From Bigelowiella natans CCMP2755 (taxonomy: Eukaryota; Protista; Cercozoa): 64,000 bases of DNA. Positions within the stretch are counted from its first letter, which is position 1; each line of letters begins with the position of its first letter. Under the pieces are notes generated by a model. That model was not told the origin of the DNA and searched no databases. It worked only from the letters and a program-made list of their open reading frames with translations. Location: positions 124,001 to 188,000 of the forward strand of contig ADNK01002519.1 in assembly GCA_000320545.1 (NCBI GenBank), in the 5' to 3' direction. Shown in pieces: positions 27,085 to 41,462 of this stretch. The position numbers were made by a program, and so were the translations under genes.

Positions 27085-30000
27085 ACTTCTATTACTACCA
27101 CGGCCAGAGATTACCATCTTACCGATGATGAGGTTGATGCCAAAATCAATAAGTCTTTGAGATAATGATGAGGATGGTGCCACGTGTTCTTTTTGAAAAG
27201 GAGTTACAAAAGACAAGGAATCGAAAGCTAGAAATCGCGACAGTAGCAGGATTCCTCACAGCAATCTTAAATCCGGTGTGAGTAGCTTTATGAAGAAGCT
27301 TTCGTCTGCATCATCATCAGGTGAAATGAGCTTCTAATGATGCAAGCGACGAGATGTTGGTGGCATGATATTAGTAATAATGAATTATATTAATGACGAT
27401 GACGACGATGATGAAGACATCAACCTTCCAAAGGGAAAACATCATAATGATACCAGGTGGAGACTGCATTGCTGACTTAATGTTTGTTGTCTTGTCGTGA
27501 TTGAATGACCGCGCAGATAGAAAAGATAGCTCCTCGACCAAAAGCAGCCCCTTTTCACTCGGACAAATGGAGTTCCTGAGAGGCTTAGCGGAGTATTCAA
27601 AAATGTATTCGGTAATATAAGATTGACTGCGACAGAGTATTCGATAATGTATTCGGTACTATAAGATAGATTGCCACAACATTGCAGTGGCTTGCTCTCT
27701 CACATAATATCTTAACGAACAAACGATTGATTCTACGTGTATATGCAGTACTCCTCCTCTTCATCTTCGATGTTGTCTCCGCGGAAGTCTCTGCTTACAT
27801 CTTTTGGTAAATTCATGTACGATTTCGTGGCGAGTGCTGCGGCGTTCACGCTCGACCCTAGTAGCTTTGGGACTTCAATAATATCACCAGGTCTGTCGGC
27901 GGCGCTGTTATCAAAAGCACACTGTATAAGACTCGCAAGCGCCCTGAAATGTTACAAAGCGTGGTTGCGAGCTTTTGCTGAGGAAGGGTTACCGACATCA
28001 GCTGCTTTTCCATCTGCATCTCACTGTGGAATCATAAAGACTTGCGTAGAAATTCTCCTGTCAAATCCTAAATCGAAGGATATCACGCTCGATGTTACTT
28101 CCATGCAGCACTCCTCCTCCTCCTCCTCCTCCTCCTCCCCCTCATCATCATCATCATCCTATAGAGTGATGATATCTCCAAGTCTTCGTCGAATATCAGC
28201 AGACGTTATAGTTAGCTATGCTGCCGCCATTAACGATGTGAATGTTCTCGGAAACTTCTTGCTCTGTATCACTGAGCTCTCGAAAAAGCTACTTTCGAAA
28301 TTAGATTCTTCAGCCCATCTCCGTGTTTCTCCTCCTCCTCCTCCTACTACTACTGGTAGCAACGTTGTCTTGCAGCTTGCGAAATACTTTCTAGAACTGC
28401 TCAATGAGCTTCTCATTCCTGCTACTGAGGAATTAGTGGCAAAGTTTCCTTCTGGCTCGTCCAAAATGAGCGCTGCTGCTTCTTCTTCCTCAATCAGTAA
28501 GGAGCTGAAAAATGCGTGGGTGCTGCTCCTGAAAACCGTTGTATCATGGGCGGAGAATGCTTCGAGCATTACCAAGGCAGCGGTAGCATCAGTGGCCTCA
28601 TCATTCACAATGAGAAATCATCACCACCACCATCATCATCATCATATCGCCTTTCTTGTGGAGTTAGATGGATATGCTATAGAGGGCCTCTGCCGTGTTT
28701 GGGAAGCACTTCATCAGCGTGTTTCGAATACCACCCCCTCTTCTCCTTCAATCTCCAAGAAAATATCATACTCTAAGAAAACGATGGACCAAGATGCGAA
28801 CGATGATACGAAACATGCTGCTGCTGCTGCTGCTACTAATATGAGTATGGTGTTTCTTCTTCCCTATTATGATACGGTGGCTGATGCTTTGTGCTCAATC
28901 TCTCAATATCCTCCTCAATATGCACATTTTCCCTCCAATAGCAAGGAGGCCTTTGCAACCATCCGTAGAAGAATTAGAGACTGTATGAGAGCTATTATCT
29001 CCAACAGCTCACAGCTTTCCATGTCTTCATTCAAAAAGGCCCTTCAAGCACTGGAGAAACTCATTGTCATCATCAAATCTGCTTCGGTAATTTCCCCAGA
29101 GATGATATATGCAGCCGAAGCAAGAATCCATATGGCAGCAGCAGTTGCAGGGAGGGTGTGCAAGGAGTATCGACGTAGCAGTCATCTTGGTGGGGGGGGG
29201 AGGGGAAGAGAAGAACGCAACATAGTTGTTCAAATGCTGCACATGTTGTTTGTCAAGACCTGTGAGCTAGGTCGACTATTATCGACTGCTTCTTCCTCCT
29301 CCTCCTCCTCCTCATCATCGTCATCATCATCGTCATCGTCGGTGCTAGCTTCTTCTTCTTCTTCTTCTTTTGTGTTAAACAATAATGCACATATTCCTGC
29401 GTTGTTATGCCAAGCTGTGGCGTTGTTGGGTCAATTATCCGCCGTTGTTGTCAAAACCAACCCAAGATATCTCTGGGGTGCTCTGCCATTGGTACTTGGA
29501 AGCTTGCAGCTACCGGAATTCGAAGATGTACATCCCGAAGAAAAGATGACAATGATGGGGGGGGGAGGGGGGGAGGGACAACAAGGAGCAGCGAATCCTC
29601 GTCAAGGCAGCTTTCTTCTTCTTCACCCTATGCGGATCTCTCAGGATCATGTTGCGGGGCCGAACTTATTGAAACTGGCAAAGGCCGCTAGAGAGGGAGT
29701 CGAGAGGGTGAGAAAAAGAAGAAGAAGAAGAAGAAGGAGGAGGAGGAGGAGGAGGAGGAAGGGGGGGGGGAGAGTAACAGATTTTCAACATATAATCTTT
29801 CATGGAAGTCCCAATATGAGAAGCAATGATCCTTGTAATGAGTAAAGAGCGGGTACAGAGAGGGGATCTACTTTACGTCGTGATCAATCAGTTGTATATT
29901 CATCATCATCATCCCTGAAAGCTTTACAATGTCGCCTTTAGCATTATCATGATTCATCGATCATTACTATCGTTACTACTTGTGCTTCTCTAGGGCATCA

Positions 30001-32319
30001 TCCTTTCTCTCTCAGAAATAAAGAGAATTGAGCAAGAGGTATGCCTGGAGAACGTTCTTTTGCTTAATACAATCTCCAGCATTCCATCCACGCTTTACTG
30101 AAGATCGATTTCTCTTCTCTTATTCTAACAGATATACAGCTTCTACTCGTTTGGCTGTTCAACACCTGATGAAGAGGGGGGCCGGACAGAGGGAGGAGGA
30201 AGAGGACGGAAAACAACACATCACTTCTCTTCCACGACAGCCGATTATCGTGAGCAGCTTCCTCTCACACCGCCAGGAAATATCAGGCCCTTTTACTTAA
30301 ACAAGCAACCAAATAGCAGCACCATGGATCATCGTAGCGTCATCGAGTCAGTAGTCTATTTTGAGCTTATTCATCGAGCTTTAGTGTCAGATGATTCGTG
30401 CTTTCTTCTTCTTCTTCTTCATCATCATCATCTTCTTCTTCCTCTTTATTATTTTAGCAGATGGCTCCGGTCGTCTATTATGTCTGAGAGGAAAGATTAT
30501 GATGTTTTAAACGGGAATAGGAGGAACATGCCAGCACCCACCATAACAGGCTCTACATTTCTACTGCTTACACAGGTTGACACAGCTAACAATGATCCAC
30601 AACATAATTGGCAGTATATTAACGATGATAGCTCTTTCTCTGCTTTATACATGCATGCACAGGCAAAGGCCTTTGTAATCCGTCTTTTTTAAAGTTGTTC
30701 ATCATCGTTCTTCCAGTATCATCGTGCTGTAATAATGTGCCAAATTAGGCCTTTGGAGTAATGGCCGAGATAGCAGCTTCCTCTTCAGCGTCCTCATCAT
30801 CATCATCTACTCCGCAATCAACCCCGTACCTAATTGAAGCAGCAGCGTCCATGCCCCCTCTTATTCGAATACAGCAAACGCTCAAAATAATCCGTTCTGG
30901 AGATGCGGCTGTATCAACAACGATGATGTCATCGAAGCAAGCTCATCAAAGTGACGTGAGTAGCTACAGGGGGAAATGGATCCAGGCAAGAGAAGTGATT
31001 ACTATCTACCTCTGTGATATGCTTCTCATTCTTCGGTCAGTCAGCAGAGATTTTGTTTGTTATCTTTGCTCTGTAGCAGTAGCAATGATGTTTATTCAAG
31101 GCCGATTTAACATTAAGTATTCAGGAAGAAGTGGTTGTACCAACATCGTCATCATCATCATCATCATCATCATTATCCTCCTCTTCCTCCTCCTCCCCCT
31201 CATCATCTTCATCATCAGAAACGTTCTAAAGGAGCAAAGAGTCTCTAGAGATGCTCATACAACTGATGAGAAAGCACGGTCAAGAGGAACATCATCAGCA
31301 GCAGCAGCAACAAGAACAACAACAACGCTAATCCAGTCTCAACCTGCCGTGCTAACACGAATATTAGCAGAAAAGTGGAAGGTAATTAAGCAGCGAGATG
31401 ACGCAACGGTGCAGTATTATCGTATTATTTCCGATTATATCTTCCTTAAATGTCAAAAAGACGATCGCCTCTTCTTGTCCCTGTTAAATGTATTAGCATT
31501 CATGTTATCTTATGTTATATATAATGCTATCAGATATTTTGTGATGTGGGATCACTATCCTTGGCACAAATAGCGCCATCATACGGTGATGGTCATCGAG
31601 GCAGCAGCCAACGGCTGTATCATCCATTTCTCCTATCTCAGTCACTTTCTTCTCTCTTTTCGGAAGCGCTTTCAAAACATCAAAAATACCCTTCAGTGGT
31701 TGTGGCAAAAGTAGCAGAGAATGTAGCCGGTTATGCTTTTGCTGCGTATGCGAAAGTGTTGGAGGAGTGGGGAGCTGCTACTAATACTAGCAACGACAAC
31801 GACGTTTCTGGCGAGGCTAGTGGTGTAGCCGCTGATATGCTCATCTTGCTTTCACTCTGCCAAGAAAACCTGACCACAACATTACCCCCCGACGTTGTGA
31901 AAAAGGTCGCTGATTCCTTCCTGTCACGAATAAGAAACAGAGGCACTGCCACCTCCAGAAATAGCAAAGAGGATTGGATGGACACCACCAACAACCTCAA
32001 AATTGGAGGGGGGGGGGGAGGAAGAGAGGCACACCAAGCGAATCTGTATAGTTTCGATGAAGATCCTGAATTGGCCATTGCATTCACACGATTCTTTGAG
32101 AGCTATATGCTCACAGGCAGCAGAACCTGCAGTGGCAAAGGAGGAGCAAGTAGCAGATTTGATGTTGGCTTTGCTGCAAAGTGTGCAGAGCTCCTCTTCA
32201 AGTTCGGGCTGAGAACACAGGAACGGTGATGAAGATAGATATCATGAAACTACTACCGACGAGATCACGTGCATGCAGCTGCTGTAGTATATGCCGAGTT
32301 TGTTTTGAAGGATGTATTT

Positions 32320-32362
<43 letters not shown>

Positions 32363-32723
32363 TGGTCGTAATATCTCCAGGAGAGCAGGAAAAGAAGTCA
32401 TTTCTTGCCTATCGAAACTGATCTCATCAGCTCGCAAGAAAGAGGTATTCTTCCTGTGCGCTTGCAAAGTACAATACACATGTTCTCGTGTCTTCTCATC
32501 CCAGAATATTGCAAGAGCTTACTAGGAGATCCAACAAAGCAATATCAGTGTAAACATCGTCCATAACGTGCAGCTACTTTCTTTCTTCTCAGGAGCTCAA
32601 AAGGGGAGAGGTGCCTCCTATGGGATCTCACCCATGGTTGCAAGACTGGATGATAAGAGGTGATCTTGCTTGTATTTCATAAATCACTAGTCATGAGTTG
32701 ATATGTATGCGTGTGTGTGTGTG

Positions 32724-32768
<45 letters not shown>

Positions 32769-32926
32769 TGAATGAGTGTTTATCGTTCATATTAAATGCA
32801 TGGGTCAAGATACCCCTCTTAATAGCATCATAATCATCATGATCATCATTATCATCACGACTCATAGGCAAAGGAGGCAATCTTGCTATATTTACCTTGA
32901 TGCTTGCTGCGAATGGTGCGTATGGC

Positions 32927-32965
<39 letters not shown>

Positions 32966-33374
32966 ATGTGTGTTGAAGTTATCAGATATACTATGTTAAT
33001 ATGAAGAAGTTCTTGCATCATAATATATCTGTCAATTCTTCAATCATTGCTAGCATATTCATTTTGTCAAAGAACTATTTTTTGCAATTCAGCTGCCTTG
33101 TTGCGCACGAAGACTATCCGTGCCTTTCATTTTTCGATTTCATTTCCCAATATCTTTCACCTCGTGCATCCTTAAAATCTGTACACACACACACACGCAC
33201 GCACGCACACACGCACGCACGCACACACGCGCACCATACATCGTACAGGGGCAATGCCTAGCTTCCAATTGCGACAATTGGTTATCGTTCTTCGTCAGTT
33301 GTCTGTAGTCGCAGGGTTAGTGAAAAACAAATCCACCTTGTAGATAGATCATCACGGCTATCATCGGTGTCATT

Positions 33375-33406
<32 letters not shown>

Positions 33407-34090
33407 CAGCTCCAAGTTGTTCGCCGAGTGGTTGCAGACTGTGCTGATAGCTTGGGACAAGAATAAGGTAGTACGAGAGAAGGAAATTAGGCTGTCACAT
33501 TGAAAACAATGGTGATGAGGTGATGATGCTGGTAGCGATCATTGCGTAGTGTGAGTAGCCCTTTAATGTAGTTAGTTGCAGAATTCATAGAAAGTGTGAT
33601 GCTTCTTTGTATATGAGCTTTAGAAAGTCTTAGAATCAAAAAAGAATTCATAAATATGAATCATCAGTGCAATGACAAATGCGTTTGACGTCTGCCTTGC
33701 GTTTTGCTTCATCAGCATAACATATACCTCTTTAAATACATTTCGTTAGATATGTTTAAGCTCTTTCATTTGAACAAAATCATCGCTTTCAATCTGAAAC
33801 TGTTACGTATGTGAAGGCCGGTGTCAAGAAAAAGTTTTATGAGGAACTGATGGATTCTGTCAATACTAATGATCGAAAGAATAATTTCAAGGTATAAGCC
33901 ATACACAATCTTCGGCTGTGGGTGTGTTGGGTTGTAAGTTTGTCTAAGTGAGAGATGCTATGATGGACTGAAAGAAGGGAGTCATGGAGACGATGACAGT
34001 GATGAATTTATTCGTTTGCATGAAAATGTATTTGGAATCCAGATGCTGGTGAAGAGATTCTGTGGAGGGAAGAAAAAGGGAAGAAAGTAG
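25880..34090 (+). CDS. Importin-beta family HEAT-repeat karyopherin (transportin-3/importin-13-like); multi-exon, rich in homopolymer runs, internal structure only partly resolved
   Basis: The N-terminus SLHTVFQ/AMETLVSPQ...QANQYLSKLQESDGAWNVC...FELSAQILLQK resembles the importin-beta N-terminal domain. Long helical ORFs lie at 27737-29845, 30761-31573 and 31546-32229 (YPPQY...FATIRRRIRDC). The last exon reads MLVKRFCGGKKKGRK*. Confidence 0.65.
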
Positions 34091-35079
34091 CCGGCGCTCT
34101 CGTGTTAAGGGCGTCTTCAAAAGCCACCAATTTTTGCCTAAGAATTGCAAAGAGGCAAGTTGACTAAGACTCTCTATGAGGTGTTAATGCATTCTGTATT
34201 CATGTTGCGTCGTTCATAAGCACACCGCTCAGTTCGGAATTCTGTTTACAGTATTCGCTGCGGCGTACGTACAACCACCGCATTCTCTTTGCTGAAGAAG
34301 TCAAACAAAGACACAAGCGCTATGTATCACATGTGGCTTGATTGGTTGCTTGTAGCATGTGCTGTGCAGCGCGCATGTATTAGCGAGATTTGCACCTGAT
34401 GATGTGCTACAGCTGTCTAGCTGTTGTCGCATTAACTTACATATTTCCCGTTACTATTCGATCAATAAACGGTCACTTCTAGACTTATTTGCAAAGTCAT
34501 AGCCGGCCGCATACTGAAACGTAGTCGTATCTAGCTAGCTAGACATGCGCAAGATAGCGAGCCCCTGTTTAGCTATAGCGTGCCTTATTGGTGTGATCAT
34601 TTGCAGTAAAGCTAGGAAGGTAACGTTCCAGGCTCGTATAGCTACGCATCGTTGCTACATTGCTTGCTGCCTGGGCTGCAATAATTAACATGCTCAGTGC
34701 TTTTTGAACCATCGCCTTGTCATGAGGCCGTAGTGCACGCTAGCACGAAGCGTACATGCAATGCGTAGGCGACGTCGTAACAATGTGAATAATGTCGATT
34801 TGTGTCATAATGCTTGCGCTGTGCATAAAGGATTCAATATAAATGAGTGCGCCTGTGTAGATACATGCGATAAGAAGTCGTTCGCGCATATATGTGATAG
34901 AATGACTAGTATACAGCTGTATTTTATGTAGTATTGAAGTGTTCATCACAGCAACATTATAGTAGTGCAAACACTGCGCTGTGCTATAAATTGTAACAAA
35001 ATGCAATGTGCTAATTTTTCTAAGTGATATATAGCGCAGTGATGACTCGGCTAATGGAAACTTTTTGCACTGCATCATC

Positions 35080-35491
35080 TCACCACTTGCCCCTGAACTT
35101 TCCAGCGCTATCATCGTATTTTTGCAGCAATCGTTTGTGGTACCACGGTTGAAGGCCGAATTCATCCGGTATCTAAGTTTGACCAAATGCGTATTAAATT
35201 ATCGAGGATATCAAATGAGCTTTCCGAACATAAGTATCATGGATTTCCATTGCTACAAGTTGTAAGATAAAGGAGCTGTCAAGCATTGCATGCAGGCAGC
35301 AACCTGGTCGTCGGGAACATATCGTATGTAATGAGCCCAATCTGCAGGATGTTCTCGGATCAAATGCGGGAGGGGCTGGCACGCTTCGGAGTCAAAGGAG
35401 AGAAAGGCCTTCTGCTCGTTGCAGCTTTCCCTATCGTATTGTTGTTTGCATATAACATGTCATTAAGATGCATATAACCCTACAAGTTTCC

Positions 35492-35536
<45 letters not shown>

Positions 35537-36156
35537 GCACACATCCAATACTACCTTTGATTTCTTATAGTGTCAAGATCCGACTGATCCCATCTAATAG
35601 AATGCAAATCATTGCAAAAACGAGGAAAAACAGGCGACGGAATAAAAAAACACAGAGAAACTACAAAATGCACAGAATTTATATTTATCATCTTCGGCAT
35701 GGCTGTCTGCTACTGCCACAAAAAGAATCAAACTCTTCCTTCCCCATTATACCTGTTGTCCCACACGCCTTTATGCTCTCGTGCAGACCTTCCCGACCTT
35801 GAAAACCATCTGATGAGCGAGCAAGAAGCATAGCAATGTTAATCAGAATGAGCAAAAATGAGGGATGTATTATGATAAACTGTCGGATATGAACATTACT
35901 TTGAAATGTCTATTTTTAACAATCCATCGACACCCTCACAAAGAGAATCATGCGTTGTGTCAAAAGTTTGATGGAAGGTTTATGTTTAGTGCTACTTCCA
36001 AAGGACGCGCGCGGTGGAGAGGAAAGAGTGTAGATGCCACCTACAATTAAGCACGCATATGACATGGACTAAAAGAGAGCAGCAACCTCCATCACCTTTG
36101 CTACTATCGTGGACATATATCATTTCAATGATGATGATGATGATCATCGAGTGTGT

Positions 36157-36198
<42 letters not shown>

Positions 36199-36282
36199 TT
36201 TTTAAAGTTTGGTACAGTGTACTTGTAAAATCCATGTCTTCACCCCCTCCCCCCCCCTCCCCTCTCTTTCTTTCTCTCCCTC

Positions 36283-36320
<38 letters not shown>

Positions 36321-36625
36321 ACCACTATTTACTACTACTACCCTCCTGGCCCAACCATCTTAGTTTCAAGCAATCCTTCAGGCTGCAAGGGCATACAAAT
36401 CAGCATATACGAAGGACAAAACAATACCATTCCAAAGAATTGCTGGAGGCAATAAACACACTCCTCACAATACAGCATCGAACAACAACAACAATAGAAG
36501 CACATGCGTGCATTAAAATACCATCAAATATTGCTAACCTTTGGCCAGTACTTCTTCGGTTCTCCCCACCATCGTTTTAACTCCTCTGCTCCGAAAACCT
36601 GAGAATGTGAAGTGATTTGCAGAGC

Positions 36626-36659
<34 letters not shown>

Positions 36660-36915
36660 TATCCACCAAGAAAAAGACGACGTTGGCCAGATATAAAATA
36701 TGGTAGTCATGTAGCAGCACACTGAGTGTACGAATACTTGGAGCAGAGACAGATTTTATCATGGTAGTTATATATTTACGCATGTATACCTTGAGACAGC
36801 GTCCAAGAGCAAGGTTCGGATGGTAGTGTCCATGCGGTCTATCTACTGTACAGTCGAAGTAATACCTAAAGGAGCATATCATCAATTTTAGATCTCCACG
36901 ACGAAATTAACAGCG

Positions 36916-36953
<38 letters not shown>

Positions 36954-37095
36954 CTACAAAGCATCATCTCACTTGTGGCCGAACGTGAACACCCCAACTC
37001 TTCCGCACTTGTCACCGGCCTATTTGTAGCATGACGTGAATGGGAGGGGAGGGGGGGGGGGGGATATGTAGTGTCAGCACAAATAACAACGTCTA

Positions 37096-37132
<37 letters not shown>

Positions 37133-37644
37133 CGTGTGTGTATGTGGGTGAGTGGTGCGCACATCGGGGACTCCTTCAGGATATACGTCGCAGTGGTGGA
37201 TCGCACGGAGAAATCTACAAACATTACATTTGATGATTGAGGAGGAGTCAATGAGAGAAATGAATGATGCTACTGATGATGATGATGGTGATGATGATGA
37301 TGGTGATGGTAGTTAGTTACTCTCTTGCGAGCAATTCGTCAAGATCTGCAACAACGAACACGTCCTAACCGGGAAGGGGGGGGGGAGGAAGCAGGGGCAC
37401 AAAGATATTGCATGTAAAAATGCAGGTGGCGCATGCCTTCAATGACAAAATCAGCAATAGTTAAAACGATAACATATGATAAATTCCGGGCAAACATGTA
37501 GAAATCCATGATTTAAACGCATCATCTCCACTCGCTAGGAAACAGTTTAACACTCTATTTATCTCCTCTTCGTGAACATTCACCCTCCCCCTCCTCTCTA
37601 CTCTTCTTTGGCCATGTCCTTTTACTCTATCAATTACAACAATA

Positions 37645-37676
<32 letters not shown>

Positions 37677-37748
37677 ATGATCTCTCATATCATGAGCTGC
37701 AACTGCCAAATGGTCTCGAGCACCCCATTGCCTTATCCACCGACACTA

Positions 37749-37787
<39 letters not shown>

Positions 37788-38112
37788 ACAATACAGAGAT
37801 AAGCTCTCATAAGGCAGAAACAATCATACCTCCATCTTAATATTGGGAACATTATCAAGCGTTAGCACAGTATCAATATGGAGAATTGCACTACTACTAC
37901 CTCTACTACCACTACTACTAATATTGTCGCAGGGTACCTGCATCATTCCTGGCGGCCAATTCTTACCCGCTAATTCTTCGGTCATGCACCGTGATAGAAA
38001 TCCCTGACACATCGCGTGTGCGTGCGCGTGTGTGTGTGTATATTACCAGTATGAAAGAGAGAGAAAGAGAGTGAGAGAAGGGGGGGGAATGGTTGAGGCA
38101 AGAGTCTGGAGG

Positions 38113-38149
<37 letters not shown>

Positions 38150-38840
38150 GTAAAGAGGCACTCTAATCAAACATTGCCTTGATATGAGCATCATCATTAC
38201 TGTCGTAATCGTCGTTTTTATTATTATAATCATCATCGTCATCATCATTATCATCATAGCACCTTTGTTCTTGGGTCATCAAACGTGTAAGGAATATACC
38301 TGAATGATGATAAAATGATAAGAGGAAGTGAAGTGACGAGCATGGCAGAGACGATGATAAATTAACTCGTCTCTCATCCTATGATCGATAACCTTATCTT
38401 GTCAATGAAGGGCTTGAAACTCTTACTTGTTTGGTTAAGTTTCGGGAAGAATAATGGTTTTTTTTCACCCTATGATTTGCACGTATACGAATACAAAGCA
38501 TCACTATCAAACAAGTTCTTGACTACTGACTACCAATTATGGTATTTTTGGGTGCTGTTATTATGCAACACCTGCCACGTTGTTGTGCACTCCAAGATGA
38601 TGATCACGTCAACCACAGGATATATCTCGTGCAAAACAACCTGAATTGATGGATGGGTGGATGGTGGTTTGACCATCAACACAACACTACTGCTAACTAT
38701 TATTAGAATAACGCTATTATGGTACTCATGAGAAGTACAAGGGGGGGAGGAAGAGAATAATAAAGAACAACATCTACAACATCTATGAAAGAGCGAAAGA
38801 GGGAGGGAGACCGAGAGATAGAGGCAAAGGAGGAGGAAGA

Positions 38841-38876
<36 letters not shown>

Positions 38877-40080
38877 GCGTGAAGAGGAGGAGGAGGAGGA
38901 GGAGGAGGAGGAGGAGGAGGAAGGAAAAACTAAGGATGAGAGGGAAGGGGGTCAGTTACTACTCACGTTTAGAATTTCTGCTTCATCTGCAAACATGAAA
39001 GAATAGTATATGCGCCTGATGTGAGGTGGGGGCATGCAAAAAGCACATTTAATACTCAGGAAAACTAGCAGCAGAGTGAAATTCTCAATTGCACGGCAAT
39101 ATCTTGTAAAATCAGCGTTTTGTAGAACCTGTTTCTCCGCTCCCAATTGCCGGTTAGACCCCATTGCGAACAGCCTTCTTTGTACCTTTTTTTATTAGCA
39201 ACCCATGGATGATGGAGTGATCATCGAATTCCATGATGAAATCGCACTTAGCGCATTGGACGTTTGACACCCACCGCCTTCACGGCCAAAAAAGAATATC
39301 ATGAATAGATTCTTGAAGCATTCTTTACCATTCCTTTTGTGTCCCATCCCGATATCCAATGGTCCCATGACCTCCCTTCTTCCCGTTATAGTGAAACACG
39401 CCCTCAGGATTTTTACCTGCAAAATGATGACGTATGGTGTCGTAGAGGGGGGTGGGATTCTAATAATCACGAAACACGATGCTTACATGAGCGGTGTGCA
39501 GGAACAGTGAAAAGCTCCTTATCATCAAGCGCCAACGAAGTAATTTTCCTCATTTTTTCCTTCTCGACTTCTAAGTGGGTCTCCTTCTGCTTCGGCTCGA
39601 ATGGTGGTAGGGAGGGGGGCTGAGCGATTGCTGGATGTAATGGTGGAAATTATGACTAAGGCTATGGCGAGATTACTTACATCAGTTAGACACACAGAGA
39701 GGAATATTCCCAATACTACATGGATCGGCAGCGGCATCGATTTTCGGTGGCTTGACGGGGTGCTGCTGCTGTCGCCTATTATTGGATGGTGATGGAGGCC
39801 GAATCATCTGCGGGGGAGTCCGCAGTAACAGGTGGCCCTGCAATGAGAAGATAGAGAGAACATCAATATTCTAGCGTATAAATCGTAGAATGGAAGCATC
39901 AGGCAGCACCAAGAATGCTCCCAGAAGAACTCCAAGAACGACACGAAGAAGAGTGCTACTTAAAGCTCGAGGCTGCTGGTGGGTTGATGACGATGTAGTC
40001 GCAGAGGTGTCGCGGTGTGCAACTTTAGATTCCATATTTGCACCGGACGATAATGTAGTCACACGCCGCCGAGAGTTCAT
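35080..40080 (-). CDS. Glycosyltransferase family 17 (MGAT3/GnT-III-like), type II membrane protein; many exons, start approximate
   Basis: N-terminal TM LLRVVLGVLLGAFLVL. Exons give RRIYYSFMFADEAEILN-VVLHEIYPVVDVIIILECTTTWQ-GEKKPLFF, DVFVVADLDELL (DxD), GWHLHSFLSTARVLWK and PLPHLIREHP. The last exon ends ...KFRGKW* at 35080. Confidence 0.8.
38829..38920. repeat. (CAG)n/(GAG)n trinucleotide tract in a GT17 intron
   Basis: Seen directly. Confidence 0.9.
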
Positions 40081-40589
40081 GATTCGAGTGGCTCCTCACC
40101 CCTAGAGACTAGACGAGGGTGACTCTCGCAGCAGTTGTGTAGTAGTCCTGAATAATTACAATCAATGCAGTGAGATCATCAGGAAGGTAGCCATCTTCGT
40201 GGATTCTCGTATCAATTACAATTCAAGCAGCCAATTCAGTTGCGCAGACGGAGGAAGGATATTGGAGAGCTATTAGGTGCGAAATGTTGTGCTGGGTTCT
40301 TCTCCTTCTTCTTCCAGCAGCGCCATTCCAGATCTTCGATCTCCTTTGTTTCTATGGAAGAACACCGAAGAAGTAGCGAGGAATAATAATCGGAGCATGT
40401 TATCACCATTAGACTAATTTTAATCCCAAGAACACCCTATGATTTATATTTATTTATTTGCCGTTATTATTGTTGTTATTGTTGTTGTTTCAGCGTCTGC
40501 AGCAGCATCGGTTACAACGACGACGACGACGACGACCCCCCATTCCATTGTCACCGAACGCCTTTAACTAGTCAAGGGCGCGAACAGAA

Positions 40590-40627
40590 TAACTAACTAA
40601 CTAACTAACTAACTAACGAACTAACTA
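40590..40627. repeat. (TAAC)n tetranucleotide repeat just upstream of the orphan gene ATG
   Basis: taactaactaac... about 9 units with one variant. Confidence 0.9.
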
Positions 40628-40637
40628 TCTATCGTCG

Positions 40638-41462
40638 ATGGGCACCTACCATAAGAAGAAAGAGGTCATGTTTGCACTCATCAGTCCTCACTGAGAAGGA
40701 CAAAACCTCACTGGATAAACTAGTGGAAGCAGCAACCCGTGCGAGTAGCATCGTCTAATGTCGAGAGCATGGAAATCTCTCTCGCATATATTCAAAGAAT
40801 CATCCCGATCACAATGTTCCCGAGGCGACTTCTTCGGCGAGATTCCTACTAGGGATATGAGAGCTATGGAGGAAAAGGAAGATGGGAGAAATGTGCGAAA
40901 GAAATCGAGAGATGAAGGGGAAAGTTTGACTGTACTGTGGAGAAGCCAACCCTCGTTGAGTAGCACGGAATATGGCACAAAGAGGAGGAAGTTGAGAACA
41001 GTCCCAAAAATACCAAAAGACGGGAGTCGAAGTCCTCGAAGGAAAGGTATTAAAGTTAGAGGAGCCCAGAATATGGGAAGATCAGCTGACACCATTCCGC
41101 TGTCCCGGGCAGATGCAGCGAGCACTGAACATCTACGTGAAAGCTATCGTCGCGGAAGTAGGACTCGCTTACTTTTGAGAAGCAAAATCAAGTCCGCTTA
41201 CTTATTCAATAAGCCGTGTAGAAGCTTCAAAGATGATGATAGTACACAGCTTGAGTCGGGCCGTAGAGGTAGGAGCAGGAGAAGTATTCCTAGAATACAA
41301 TCGGACTCTCGTAGCAAGCCTAGAATGTCTTCCTTGCTGCTATCTCACTTACAACATACGGCACACTCCATAGATCTTCAGCAAAGTAGATCAGAACACG
41401 GCGAAACGTTTGAAATGACGGACACTTCAGGAGAAGAACTTCGAAGCACATCACAGGCATAA
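40638..41462 (+). CDS. Hypothetical basic Arg/Ser-rich protein; exons 40638-40664 and 40749-41462
   Basis: 234-aa ORF plus a short upstream exon (MGTYHKKKE) that splices in phase through a GT-AG intron; no recognisable domain. Confidence 0.5.

Noticed and set aside
35286-35833. Possible small + strand gene
   Set aside because: The region is explained by the 3' exons of the minus-strand GT17 gene.
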